Both the position numbers and the translations under genes were made by a program. Shown one piece after another: positions 19,631-29,320 of a stretch of DNA of 64,000 nucleotides. Numbering within the stretch: the stretch's first letter is position 1; the number at the start of each line of letters is the position of its first letter. The DNA comes from an uncultured delta proteobacterium (GTDB taxonomy: Bacteria > Myxococcota_A > Polyangia > Polyangiales > Polyangiaceae), in assembly GCA_963716725.1 (NCBI GenBank), contig CAVQUB010000033.1:32001-96000 (forward strand). The letters are read 5' to 3'. Under the pieces are notes generated by a model. It worked only from the letters and a program-made list of their open reading frames with translations, made no database searches and had not been told where the DNA came from.

Positions 19631-22132
19631 ATGGCGTTTCGGGGATGGTGGGTTCTAGGGCTTGGTCTTGCGCTGCCGCTGGCGACGCAGGGCTGTGACG
19701 ATGGCGCGTACGAAGGCGGCGACGGCACCGGCGGCAGCGGCGGCGGCACGCCCATCACCGGCGGCGGAGTCGGCGAGAGCTGCAGCGGGATCGACCCCTG
19801 TCGCAAGGGCCTGGCCTGCGTCAACGGAGCCTGCGAGCTCGGCCGTTCGACGCCCGAGGGTGAGGTGTGCGTCATCGGCGGCGAGTGCCAGGACGGCCTG
19901 CAGTGCCTCGGGGGCAAGTGCCTGAAGGGTGGCGCGGGCGTCGCCGGCGAGAGTTGCAGCAGCGACGTGGACTGCAAGAGCGGCTTCCGCTGCGTGCTCG
20001 CCGGTTTTTCTGCCCAATGCGCGCCGGAAGGAACCGGCGACCTCGGCGCGAGCTGCAAGGTGGCGGGCGACTGCTACTCCGGGCTGACCTGCACGCTCGG
20101 CAAGTGCGGGCAGCCGTTGCCCGGCGCGCCCACCTTCGGCATGCCGACCTGGCAGGGCGTGAGCTGCGAGGCTGAAGCCGCGGGCAAGGTCCGCGCCTAC
20201 TTCGAGGTGCCCGGCGCGACCCCGAAGGGCAAAGAGGGTGACTTCTTCCGGCTGCCCTTCCCGAACGACGCGCGCATCAAGGGCGGGTGGGTCGATCTGT
20301 CCGGCTTCCCCACGCCGGGGCCCGAGCTTCTCGGCTTTGATCCGGTGAAGCTCTACGTCGACGCGCTCCAGAAGAACGAGAGCGCTTGGGGCACGACGCC
20401 GACGGTGATCTTCCGCTTCTCGGGCGAGCTCGATTTCGACAGCTTCAAGACCGAGAAGAACGGCGTCTTTCCCATCCAGTGGGTGGACATCACGAAGGGC
20501 ACGGCCGAGTACGGCACGAGCGTGGGCCTGTACTTCGTCTACGACCCGAACAAAACCAGCTACATCTGCCCCTACGCCGTCTCCGTGCGCCGCCCGCTGG
20601 GGGCACCGATGGTGCCGGGCCACCAGTACGCCGTGTACATGACCACCGCGGGCACGGGCAAAGGCGGCGCGACCATCGAGCGCTCCGAGCACCTGGTCGC
20701 AATGCTCGGCGACGCAGCGCCGTCGGACGGCGCGCTTGCCGCGGCCCACGGCAAGTACGCCCCCTTTCGCGACTACCTGAAGGACAAGCTGATCGGGACC
20801 GAGTTGGTGCTCACCGCGTCGGTGATCACCGCGGGCAAGGTGCGCGAGCCCATGCAGCAGCTCGCCACCGCCCTGGCGACCCAGGGCGTTCCGACCGCCA
20901 AGGGCTGGGTCAAATGCGGCGGCGGCGCCAAGTCACCCTGCCCGCAGGCCGAAGGTGATCGCGCCTGTGGCGACGGCAGCTCGGTGGACTTCGACGAGTA
21001 CCACGCGCTGGTGTCGCTCCCGATCTTCCAGAAGGGCACGCCGCCCTACGCGGAGTCCGGCGGAGACGTCAGGATCGACAAGCCGGAGCGCAGCGAAGAC
21101 GTGTGCATGGCGCTCACGGTCCCCAAGGGGACCATGCCGACCGGCGGGTGGCCGCTGGCCGTTTACGGCCACGGCACCGGCGGCTCGTTCCGGAGCCACG
21201 TGCGCGCCGAGATCGCGGGCGCGCTCGCCAAGGCCGCGACAACCTCGGGTACGGTCGGGTTTGCCGTGCTCGGCATCGATCAGGCGCAGCACGGCCCTCG
21301 CCGTGGAGCGTCGACGGGGTCGCCCAACGATCTCTTCTTCAACTTCAAGAACCCGGCGGCGGCCCGCGGCAATCCGCTTCAAGGCGCGGTCGATCAGCTG
21401 TCGCTCGCGCGCTTCGCCGCGGCGCTCGACGTCGACGCTGCAACGAGTGGGGGCGACGCCATCAAGGTCGATCCGGCCGCGATCGTCTTCTACGGACACT
21501 CGCAGGGTTCCACGGAGGGCAGCCTCGCGTTGCCCTTCACCGACACCTACAAGGCAGCGGTGCTCAGCGGCAACGGCGCGAGCTTGACCCACTCGCTCCT
21601 GGCCAAGAAGCAGCCGGTGAACATCGCCGGAGCGTTGCCCTTCGTGCTGGCCGACATTGGCGACGCCGGTCAGCTTCGCGGCGGCGACATGCATCCGGTG
21701 CTGACGCTGCTCCAGATCTGGGTCGATCCGGCCGATCCGCTCAACTTTGCCCGTGTGATCGGCGCCGCGCCGGAGACCGGCAAGGCCCCGAAGCACATCT
21801 TCCAGACCTACGGGATCGGCGACACCTACAGTCCGGCCAAGACGCTGGCGGCCTTCGTGCTCACCGCGGGGCTCGAACTGGCGACTCACGACGCCAGCGC
21901 CAAGGATCCGGAGATGATCGGCGATCCGCCGGGACTGGCGCAGAAAGCCTTGCCCCTGGCGGGCAACGTGAAGGTGGGCACTGCGTCGGTCACCTTGGGA
22001 GTTCGGCAGTACGGCCCCCCGACCGGCAAAGACGGTCACTTCGTGGCGCTCGACGTGCCCTCGGCCATGGCGGACATCGCTCGCTTCTTGGGCATGGCGG
22101 CCGAAGGCGCCGTGCCTCAGATCGGCAACTGA
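19631..22132 (+). CDS. Lipoprotein alpha/beta hydrolase (lipase-like) with Cys-rich N-terminal repeats
   Basis: Lipobox TQGC; C-x5-C-x2-GL-x-C repeats; LPFPND; HGTGG; GHSQG nucleophile; terminal DGH. Confidence 0.75.
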   Translation: MAFRGWWVLGLGLALPLATQGCDDGAYEGGDGTGGSGGGTPITGGGVGESCSGIDPCRKGLACVNGACELGRSTPEGEVCVIGGECQDGLQCLGGKCLKGGAGVAGESCSSDVDCKSGFRCVLAGFSAQCAPEGTGDLGASCKVAGDCYSGLTCTLGKCGQPLPGAPTFGMPTWQGVSCEAEAAGKVRAYFEVPGATPKGKEGDFFRLPFPNDARIKGGWVDLSGFPTPGPELLGFDPVKLYVDALQKNESAWGTTPTVIFRFSGELDFDSFKTEKNGVFPIQWVDITKGTAEYGTSVGLYFVYDPNKTSYICPYAVSVRRPLGAPMVPGHQYAVYMTTAGTGKGGATIERSEHLVAMLGDAAPSDGALAAAHGKYAPFRDYLKDKLIGTELVLTASVITAGKVREPMQQLATALATQGVPTAKGWVKCGGGAKSPCPQAEGDRACGDGSSVDFDEYHALVSLPIFQKGTPPYAESGGDVRIDKPERSEDVCMALTVPKGTMPTGGWPLAVYGHGTGGSFRSHVRAEIAGALAKAATTSGTVGFAVLGIDQAQHGPRRGASTGSPNDLFFNFKNPAAARGNPLQGAVDQLSLARFAAALDVDAATSGGDAIKVDPAAIVFYGHSQGSTEGSLALPFTDTYKAAVLSGNGASLTHSLLAKKQPVNIAGALPFVLADIGDAGQLRGGDMHPVLTLLQIWVDPADPLNFARVIGAAPETGKAPKHIFQTYGIGDTYSPAKTLAAFVLTAGLELATHDASAKDPEMIGDPPGLAQKALPLAGNVKVGTASVTLGVRQYGPPTGKDGHFVALDVPSAMADIARFLGMAAEGAVPQIGN

Positions 22133-22153
22133 TCAGCAAGCATCAGCTTGCGT

Positions 22154-23362
22154 TCAGATGGTGTCCCGAGGGAAGGCTTGAACGTCGCGGATTGTCGACA
22201 GCCCGAGAGCGAGCGCGACCAGTCGATCGACCCCCAGGGCGTTGCCACCGGCCGGTGGCATGCCCTCCTCGAGGGCGGCCAGGAACCGCTCGTCGAGATC
22301 GTAGACCGGCCGTCGCGCACGCCGTCGCGCACGTCGATCGGCCTCGAAGCGCGCGCGCTGTTCAACGGGGCAGGTGAGCTCACCGAAGCCGTTGCAGAGT
22401 TCGACGCCGCCCAGATAGAGCTCGAAGCGCTCCGCGACGCTCGGATCGTCGGGACAGCGCCGGGCGAGGGAGGCTTGATTCGCCGGGTATTCGACGAGGA
22501 ACACCGGCCGACGTCGCTTTGCCAGCGCCGGTTCGACCACGTCCACCAAGAGCTGGAAGAAGCGGTCCTCGTCCGTCGCCGCCAGATCCACCGCGTCCAT
22601 CAGGCCGGCGTGGCGTCGGAAAGCGTCGCGCACCGTCAACCGAGCGAAGGGCGCGCGGACATCGATGCGCCGGCCATCGGCGAGGACGACGCGCGGTTTG
22701 CCGGACACCCGCGTGACCACTCGCTCGACCACGGCCTCGGTGTCGGCCATGACCTCGGCGGTGCCCGCGAATGCGCGGTACCACTCGAGCATCGTGAACT
22801 CGGGTTCGTGCAGCGCGCCGAGTTCTTCTGCACGGAAACAGCGCGCGAGCTGAAAGCAGCGAGGGAGGCCGCCCACCAGCAGGCGCTTCATCTGGAACTC
22901 GGGCGAAGTGGACAGGAAGCCGCCTTCGGCTCGGAGTGCGTCGACGTGCAGGTCGAGTCCGGGCGCGCGCACCCGCGCCGGCGTGTCGATCTCGAGGAAG
23001 CCCGCTCCCGCGAAGTAGTCGCGGATTTCGGCCATGGCTCCGGCGCGGGCGGCTAGGTGCTCGCCGACCGACCGCCAAGTGAAGCGAGCGATCTCGCCGG
23101 CTCCGCGGGGGGTGGGGTAGGGGAAGCGATCGCGGAGCTCGGCGTCGACCAGTTGCCTGCCACTCCAGCGACCGACCACGACCACCAAGTCGCCCGGGCG
23201 TGCTTCGCTCGGGCGCACGAGAGTGACGTCCACGCTCGCCAACGCGTCGGAGAGCACGAGCCGGGGGCCCTCCGCGGCCGCGACGCGTCCGCCCACGGCG
23301 ATGCGTGCGCGGCGCGCGCGGAATCGCGCTCCGAGGTCGCTCGGCGCGACGACCGAGGTCAA
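22154..23362 (-). CDS. epmA: EF-P lysine aminoacylase with N-terminal extension
   Basis: LSTSPEFQMKRLL, CFRAEE...HEPEFTMLEWYR, ERFELY, ELCNGF, GNALGVDRL; TTG start overlaps the sctS stop. Confidence 0.88.
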   Translation of the reverse strand: MTSVVAPSDLGARFRARRARIAVGGRVAAAEGPRLVLSDALASVDVTLVRPSEARPGDLVVVVGRWSGRQLVDAELRDRFPYPTPRGAGEIARFTWRSVGEHLAARAGAMAEIRDYFAGAGFLEIDTPARVRAPGLDLHVDALRAEGGFLSTSPEFQMKRLLVGGLPRCFQLARCFRAEELGALHEPEFTMLEWYRAFAGTAEVMADTEAVVERVVTRVSGKPRVVLADGRRIDVRAPFARLTVRDAFRRHAGLMDAVDLAATDEDRFFQLLVDVVEPALAKRRRPVFLVEYPANQASLARRCPDDPSVAERFELYLGGVELCNGFGELTCPVEQRARFEADRRARRRARRPVYDLDERFLAALEEGMPPAGGNALGVDRLVALALGLSTIRDVQAFPRDTI

Positions 23363-23616
23363 CCGCCCGCGAACACGCGCGCGGCGAAGGCGGCGATTTG
23401 AGAGCCCATCCATGGTCCGGCGATTGCCAGCACAACGGCTACCACGACCAGTCGGGGAAGATGCGCGATGGTGACGTCCTGGACCTGAGTCGCAGCCTGC
23501 ATCACCGCGACGGCGAGGCCGATCACGGCGGCAGCGCCGACCACCGGGAGCGACACCGCCACGGCCAAGAGCAGCGCTTCTTGCGCATTGTTGATCAAGT
23601 GCGCCGAGGTCGGCAC
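23359..23616 (-). CDS. FliQ/SctS family export apparatus subunit
   Basis: 85 aa; GLAVAVMQAATQVQDVTIAHLPRL...GPWM signature. Confidence 0.85.
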   Translation of the reverse strand: MPTSAHLINNAQEALLLAVAVSLPVVGAAAVIGLAVAVMQAATQVQDVTIAHLPRLVVVAVVLAIAGPWMGSQIAAFAARVFAGG

Positions 23617-23619
23617 GAC

Positions 23620-24063
23620 TCAGTCCACCGCCGCGTCGCCGGCAGCATCAGCGCTGTCGGAGGTTGCGTCGGTCGAGCCCCCGTCGCTGCCCGCGCTTCC
23701 GCCGCTGCCTGCGCTTCCGCCGCTGCCTGCGCTTCCGCCGCTGCCCGCGCTTCCGCCGCTGCCCGCGCTTCCGCCGCTGCCGCCGGTTCCTGGTGGAATG
23801 GGCGGCGCGTCCACCGACGGATCGGGCTCGTAACTCTCGACCTTGGCCAGACACGCGTTCGCTGAAGCCTTGGCGGGAGGTGCCGGACAGCAGACCGAGT
23901 CCTTCGAGCGGACCTCCCAGGTTCCGCGACAGATCAGGCCCTCGTCGCAGTCGTCGTTGCCGTTGGCGAGATCACAGCCCTCGCCTTCGCCCGCGTCGCC
24001 GCACGCGCCGAAGGCGATCAAGGTGAACGCCAGCGCGCCGATTTGAGCGAAGCGCTTCGTCAT
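23620..24063 (-). CDS. Small Cys-rich lipoprotein with GGSAGS repeats
   Basis: Lipobox FGAC; GEGEGCD...DCDEGLIC...CCP. Confidence 0.75.
   Translation of the reverse strand: MTKRFAQIGALAFTLIAFGACGDAGEGEGCDLANGNDDCDEGLICRGTWEVRSKDSVCCPAPPAKASANACLAKVESYEPDPSVDAPPIPPGTGGSGGSAGSGGSAGSGGSAGSGGSAGSGGSAGSDGGSTDATSDSADAAGDAAVD
23685..23780. repeat. 18-bp coding tandem repeat x5 (GGSAGS)
   Basis: CGCTGCCYGCGCTTCCGC units. Confidence 0.9.
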
Positions 24064-24521
24064 CAATCCCCTCCGGAGTCGCTGGACGTGCCCCCGCTGC
24101 CGGAGCTGCCGTCGTTGCCCGCGTCGCTGCCGCTGCTGCCGCCACTGCCGCCGCCGCCGGACGCGCCGCCGCTACCGCTGCTACCGCCGCCGCCGGACGC
24201 GCCGCCGCCGCCAGACGCGCCGCCGCCAGACGCGCCGCCGCCGCCAGACGCGCCGCCGGTGCCGCCGGTGCCGCCGGTGCCGCTCGTGCTACTGGGCAAG
24301 CAACTGTCGACGCTGATGGGCTGGCCCTCGGGAGGGCAGCAGCGATCGGTGATGTCGTTGATCAGCGAAGCTGCGGGCGCGCAGACCAACCCCGTCTCGC
24401 AGTCTTGATGTCCGTTGCGGTTGAAGTCACAACGGTCTCCCTCGCCCTGCTTGGAACAGCCCGGGACCCAGAGCAGGAGCGACAAAGGCAGGACGCAGAG
24501 GCGGGGCAGGAGGCGGTTCAT
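24063..24521 (-). CDS. Small Cys-rich lipoprotein with Gly/Ser tail (paralog of its neighbour)
   Basis: Lipobox VPGC; GEGDRCD...DCETGLVC...CCP. Confidence 0.75.
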   Translation of the reverse strand: MNRLLPRLCVLPLSLLLWVPGCSKQGEGDRCDFNRNGHQDCETGLVCAPAASLINDITDRCCPPEGQPISVDSCLPSSTSGTGGTGGTGGASGGGGASGGGASGGGGASGGGGSSGSGGASGGGGSGGSSGSDAGNDGSSGSGGTSSDSGGD

Positions 24522-24606
24522 CTGGGGGCTGTGCTTAGCACGTTTCAGTGGTGTGCTGTCAGGGGTTGTCTGGGGTGCGCACCGGTCTTTGTGCTCCATT
24601 TCGGCC

Positions 24607-25308
24607 TCACTCGCCGCCCACCCGCCGCTGCTTGGCTTCGACGGCCTCGGCAAACAAGCCGACGTACTGGAAGGCGCTGGTGAGCGAGAAGAAGAGCGAG
24701 ATGTAGACCAGGGTCCGCCCCACCACGACCAGGTCCACCACGCCGAGATCGATGGGCCCCAGCGACAGGTGGTACGGGTAGCCGACGATGAGCGCGATGA
24801 TTCCGATCATCTGGAGCGCGGTCTTGCTCTTGCCGTCGTCGCCGGCAGCGATGACCACGCCCTCGCTGCTGGCGATGGACCGCAGCCCCGTGATGCTGAG
24901 CTCTCGCGCCAAGAGCAGCGCAACCGCCCACTCGGGGATGCGTCCCATGGGCACCATCCAGACCAGCGTCGCCATCACGATCAGCTTGTCGGCGAGCGGG
25001 TCGAGGAACTTCCCGAGTACGCTCACCACGCCGAGCCGACGCGCGAGATAGCCGTCGAGCAGATCGGTGATGGCCGCCGCGCCGTAGACGATAGCCGCCC
25101 AGGTGCAGTCCGTCGGTGTGCCGCTCGAGAGCAACCAGAGGACCAGCGGGATGACCGCGATGCGCCCGAAGGTCAGCAGGTTCGGCAGGTTGAGCGCGTC
25201 CTCTTTCAGCGAGCGTCGTCGCTCGGCCCGGACCTTTGGGTCGAGCTTCGGCTTACGACGGCGGGGCCGGCGCGAGCGGCGGGAGGGCGGCGCTGCCGAA
25301 TTGGGCAT
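24607..25308 (-). CDS. pgsA: CDP-diacylglycerol--glycerol-3-phosphate 3-phosphatidyltransferase
   Basis: NLPNLLT.GRI, TDLLDGYLAR...GKFLDPLADK, RELSITGLR. Confidence 0.93.
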   Translation of the reverse strand: MPNSAAPPSRRSRRPRRRKPKLDPKVRAERRRSLKEDALNLPNLLTFGRIAVIPLVLWLLSSGTPTDCTWAAIVYGAAAITDLLDGYLARRLGVVSVLGKFLDPLADKLIVMATLVWMVPMGRIPEWAVALLLARELSITGLRSIASSEGVVIAAGDDGKSKTALQMIGIIALIVGYPYHLSLGPIDLGVVDLVVVGRTLVYISLFFSLTSAFQYVGLFAEAVEAKQRRVGGE

Positions 25309-25385
25309 CGGGGGCGGGCAGCATACCGCACCTCGAGCCAATTGGACCGGGTGACCTGGCGGCGTGCTTCTCGTACGCTCTGGGT

Positions 25386-27017
25386 ATGCGGCAAGGCATG
25401 CGGGCGGTGGTGGCGAGCGCGCTGGCGATGGGGACCCTAGGGCTGACGGGTGTGGCGTCGGCCGCGACCTACAAGGTCGGCCCCAGCCAGCAGTACAAGC
25501 AGCTGTCCGCGGTCAAGGCGCTGCTCAAACCCGGCGACGTCGTCGAGGTCGATGGCGACGCCAGCTACGCCGGGGGCGTCGTCTTCGATCAGCCTGGCAG
25601 CGCCGCGAACAAGATCACCATCCGGGGCTTGCGCGTGAACGGCAAGCGCCCCGTGATCAGCGGCGCTACCAACACCATCGAGGCGCAGGCCGATCACTAC
25701 GTCTTCGAGGGGCTCGACATCACGGGCGGATCGTTCCGGTGCTTCTATCACCACGCCCACGACATTACCTTGCGTGACTCGGTGATCCACGATTGCGCCA
25801 AGCACGGGCTGCTCGGCGCCGATCAGGACTCGGGCTCGCTGCTCCTCGAATACGTCGAGGTCTACAAATGCGGAGGCGGCACCTTCGACCACCAGATCTA
25901 CATGGCAACGGACGAGACCGCGCACCCGAAGAGCGTCTTTCGCATGCAGCACTGCTACGTGCACGACGCCAACGGCGGCAACAACGTGAAGTCCCGCGCC
26001 GAGCGCAACGAGATCTATTACAACTGGATCGAAGGCGCGCAGTACCACGAGCTCGAGCTGATCGGCCCCGACGGGCAGACCGAGGCGCTGGCGCGCGAGG
26101 ACTCGGACGTGGTGGGCAACGTGCTGGTGAAGACCGCGACCACCTTCGTCGCGCGCTTTGGCGGTGACGGCACCGGTCAGACCCACGGGCGCTACCGCTT
26201 CGTGAACAACACCGTGGTCACCCAACCGGGCGGCAGCGCGGTGTTCCGGCTCTTCGACGGCATCGAGAGCGTCGAGATGCACAACAACGTGTTTTGGGCC
26301 ACGGGCTCCGGCACGGTGAACCTGGTGCGGATGGTCGAAGCCACGTGGAAGAGCGGCAGCGCCGTGATCGGCGGCAGCGCCAATTGGTACAAAACCGGAT
26401 CGACCAACGCGCCGAGCCAGTGGACCGGCAGCCTAAACGGAGCAAATCCGGGTTTCATCGACGCGACCACCTCGGATCTCCGGCTGACCGCCGGCAGTCC
26501 GGCCATCGACAAGGGCGGCACCACCGCGAGCCCGAACGGCTATGCGTTCCCGTCGCCGCTCGGAGCGCCCGGCTATCACCCGCCGCTGCACACCGTGATG
26601 GCCAGCGGCAGCGCGCCACCGCGGCCGAGCGTCGGCGCCATCGATCTGGGCGCCTTCGAATACGGCACTGGCACGGGCGGCACCGGCACGGGCGGTACCG
26701 GCACGGGCGGCACCGGCGGTGCTGGTGGCAGCGCAGGATCAGCGAGCGGCGGCAGCGCCGGGGGCGCCGGCGCCCCCAGCGGCGGTGCGGCAGGAAGCGG
26801 CGGCGCGTCGAGCGGTGGCGTGACGAGTGGTGGCGCGTCGAGTGGCGGCGCGTCGAGTGGCGGCGCCCCCGGAACGGGGGGCAAGGCGAGCTCGAGCGGC
26901 TCCGGGGACGACGACGGTGGCTGCGGTTGCCGCGCGAGCGGCGGCGATCGGACCAGGTTGCTGGGCGCGCTGGCGTTGTCGTTGCTGCTCTTGGGTCGGC
27001 GGCGCCGCCAGCGTTGA
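25386..27017 (+). CDS. Right-handed beta-helix secreted protein with MYXO-CTERM tail
   Basis: Signal peptide; beta-helix repeats; DLRL..GSPAIDKG..DLGAFE; GGCGCR..hydrophobic..RRRRQR. Confidence 0.8.
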   Translation: MRQGMRAVVASALAMGTLGLTGVASAATYKVGPSQQYKQLSAVKALLKPGDVVEVDGDASYAGGVVFDQPGSAANKITIRGLRVNGKRPVISGATNTIEAQADHYVFEGLDITGGSFRCFYHHAHDITLRDSVIHDCAKHGLLGADQDSGSLLLEYVEVYKCGGGTFDHQIYMATDETAHPKSVFRMQHCYVHDANGGNNVKSRAERNEIYYNWIEGAQYHELELIGPDGQTEALAREDSDVVGNVLVKTATTFVARFGGDGTGQTHGRYRFVNNTVVTQPGGSAVFRLFDGIESVEMHNNVFWATGSGTVNLVRMVEATWKSGSAVIGGSANWYKTGSTNAPSQWTGSLNGANPGFIDATTSDLRLTAGSPAIDKGGTTASPNGYAFPSPLGAPGYHPPLHTVMASGSAPPRPSVGAIDLGAFEYGTGTGGTGTGGTGTGGTGGAGGSAGSASGGSAGGAGAPSGGAAGSGGASSGGVTSGGASSGGASSGGAPGTGGKASSSGSGDDDGGCGCRASGGDRTRLLGALALSLLLLGRRRRQR

Positions 27018-27039
27018 CGGACAGGATCCGGTTTGACCG

Positions 27040-28554
27040 TCAGAGCGCGTCCACGAACACCGCGCCGTCGCCGTTCATGTGAACGAGTCCCGCCTGCGCT
27101 GCGGCCAAATCGCCCGGCGACGCGGCCTGCGGCAAGATCCGACCGACCCAGCCGACGACCGTCGCGCCCCGCAGCACGGCGGGGCGCTCGGCGCTGACCT
27201 CCACCGCGAACAGCGCCTTGCTCGTCGCGAGCGCCAGCAGTCCCTCGCCCGACAGTTGCACCATCGGTACGTGCTCCATGGCGCCGATGGAGAGCCGGCC
27301 GCTCTCGTGGCGCAGCGAGAGGTCGAAGCCGATCACGCGGTCTTCACGCGCGTAGAACAGCTCGCGCTCGAGGCGTGTGACCAAGAGGTTGGGCTCCGCG
27401 GACACCACCAGCGAGCCGCGCCCGTCGAGAACGACCAGCGGCGTGCGCATGCCCCCGAGCGGCTCGTCCAGATCCCGCCCGCGAGCGCGACGATGGATGC
27501 TCGACTGAGTGAAGGGACCGGCCTCGGGCAGCAGCGCCCGGACGCGGTCGAGGCGGACCGCAAATGAGCCATCGAGGCGGATCAGCGCGACCTCGTCGCT
27601 GCTGCGAGCCACCCGTCCTTCGCTTGGCGGCGAGAGCATGAGCCGGGCAGCCAGTTGGCGGGGCGAGCTCTGGGCGGGGGCCTTCGGCTTCGGGGCGGCG
27701 TCGACCGGGACACCGACGTCGACTGCGGAAGGCGGCGCGAGGGGTGGCGGCGGCGGGGCGGAGGGCCGCGATCGTGACGATCGCGACGGCGGCGGCAGAT
27801 CGCCGCCGAGCTCGTGGGGATGCCAGTGACCGGCGAAGCCGGGCTCGGCCTGGCCAGAGACGGCGCGGCTGAAGGCGTGCGCGTCCGTGTCGAGCTCGTG
27901 CACCGCGTCGGCGGCGACGGCCCGCACTGCCTGCATCTCCGGGCTCGGTCCGGGCTCGATCAGATCCTGAAGTGTTTCGTGCATGCGCCGGGCGAGGTGC
28001 GGCTGCCCCGCCCGCTCGAAGGCCGACGCGGCCTGTTCGAACTCACCCAGGCGCTGGTGAGCGAGGCCGAGGTAGCCGGCGGCGCGCTTGTGCTTCGGGC
28101 TCAGCTCGAGCAGTTCGCCGAGGGTGTCGCGTGCGCGGAGCAGCTGTCCCGTCTTCAGGTAGCAGAGCCCGAGATTGAGACGCGGGGTCTCGGCCTCCGG
28201 CCGCGCATGCACGATCTCTTCGAAGATGTGAATGGCACGCGGATACATGCCCAGGCGGAAGTAGACGACGGCCAAGAGCCCTTGGCCTTCAATGTCTTCG
28301 GGTTGAAACCCCAGCGCGCGCTCGAGCTCTTCCTTGGCCTCGCCCACGCGGTTCTCTTCCAGGAGCTCGCTGCCGCGATACAGATGGAACAAGAAGTCTT
28401 CGGCGGCGAAGGTTCCGCTGGTCGGCAGCTCCGACTCGCGCGGGCCGGTGCTCGGCTCGGCGCCCACGATGGGCTCTTTCCCGGCAACGCGGGCGCTCTC
28501 CGCTTCGAGGGAGGGCAGGGCGCCGGGGTTGGAGCCAAGGCCGGGGCGGGTCAT
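27040..28554 (-). CDS. TPR protein with C-terminal AIM24-like domain
   Basis: TPR motifs (LAVVYFRLG, NLGLCYLKTG); C-terminal LDGRGSLVV / VQLSGEG repeats. Confidence 0.7.
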   Translation of the reverse strand: MTRPGLGSNPGALPSLEAESARVAGKEPIVGAEPSTGPRESELPTSGTFAAEDFLFHLYRGSELLEENRVGEAKEELERALGFQPEDIEGQGLLAVVYFRLGMYPRAIHIFEEIVHARPEAETPRLNLGLCYLKTGQLLRARDTLGELLELSPKHKRAAGYLGLAHQRLGEFEQAASAFERAGQPHLARRMHETLQDLIEPGPSPEMQAVRAVAADAVHELDTDAHAFSRAVSGQAEPGFAGHWHPHELGGDLPPPSRSSRSRPSAPPPPPLAPPSAVDVGVPVDAAPKPKAPAQSSPRQLAARLMLSPPSEGRVARSSDEVALIRLDGSFAVRLDRVRALLPEAGPFTQSSIHRRARGRDLDEPLGGMRTPLVVLDGRGSLVVSAEPNLLVTRLERELFYAREDRVIGFDLSLRHESGRLSIGAMEHVPMVQLSGEGLLALATSKALFAVEVSAERPAVLRGATVVGWVGRILPQAASPGDLAAAQAGLVHMNGDGAVFVDAL

Positions 28555-28593
28555 CGCTGGCCAGGGTAGCGAAGATCCCTCGGGAGGACGAGT

Positions 28594-29313
28594 TCAGCCG
28601 CGTGTTCGAGCCACGGCGTCGCTCAGGCTGAAGCGCCCCTCGTGCAGCGCGCGGCCGACGATCGCCGCCGCGATGCCGCCCGGCGCCCCAGATAGCGCGC
28701 TCAAGTGGTCGAGGGTCCCGACGCCGCCGCTGGCGATGACCGGGATGGACGTGCTTGCGGCGAGCCTGGAAGTCGCCTCGACGTTGGGACCCACCTCGGT
28801 CCCGTCGCGATCGATGTCCGTGTACAGGATGCCCGCGAGCGGGAGCTCCGACAGTTCGTGGACCAGATCTTCCACGCGTCGGTCGCTGGTCTTCTCCCAG
28901 CCCTCAGTGGCGACCCAGCCGTCTTTTGCGTCGACGGCGACGATGATTCGCTGCGGGTGGGTGAGGGCTGCGCTCCTCACCAACTCGGGCTCGCGGATGG
29001 CCGCGGTGCCGAGCACCACGCGCTCGACGCCGAGCGCCAGATAGCTCTCGACGGTCTCGATACTGCGCACTCCGCCGCCGACCTGAACGCCGGGGCCGAA
29101 GGCCGCGGCCACGCGCCGGACCAGCTCCTGCTGCACGGCGCCGCCCGCGCGTGCGCCGTCGAGATCCACCACGTGCAAGCGCGACGTGAGCGCGCGCCAC
29201 TCGCGGGCAATGTCGGCGGGGTCGCGCTCGTACTGGGTGACGTCGTCGTAGTTGCCGCGGCGAAGGCGCACTGCCTTGCCCTGCAACAGATCGATGGCGG
29301 GGATGACTTCCAC
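28594..29313 (-). CDS. hisA: ProFAR isomerase
   Basis: IPAIDL..GKAVRL, LHVVDLDGA, QVGGGVR, YTDIDRDG, ASGGV. Confidence 0.95.
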   Translation of the reverse strand: MEVIPAIDLLQGKAVRLRRGNYDDVTQYERDPADIAREWRALTSRLHVVDLDGARAGGAVQQELVRRVAAAFGPGVQVGGGVRSIETVESYLALGVERVVLGTAAIREPELVRSAALTHPQRIIVAVDAKDGWVATEGWEKTSDRRVEDLVHELSELPLAGILYTDIDRDGTEVGPNVEATSRLAASTSIPVIASGGVGTLDHLSALSGAPGGIAAAIVGRALHEGRFSLSDAVARTRG

Positions 29314-29320
29314 GGTCAGC

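Noticed and set aside
23685..24282. Tandem repeats as a possible CRISPR array
   Set aside because: No unique spacers; in-frame Gly/Ser linkers; no cas genes
26660..26870. GTGGT and ASSGG repeats
   Set aside because: Ordinary low-complexity myxobacterial linkers
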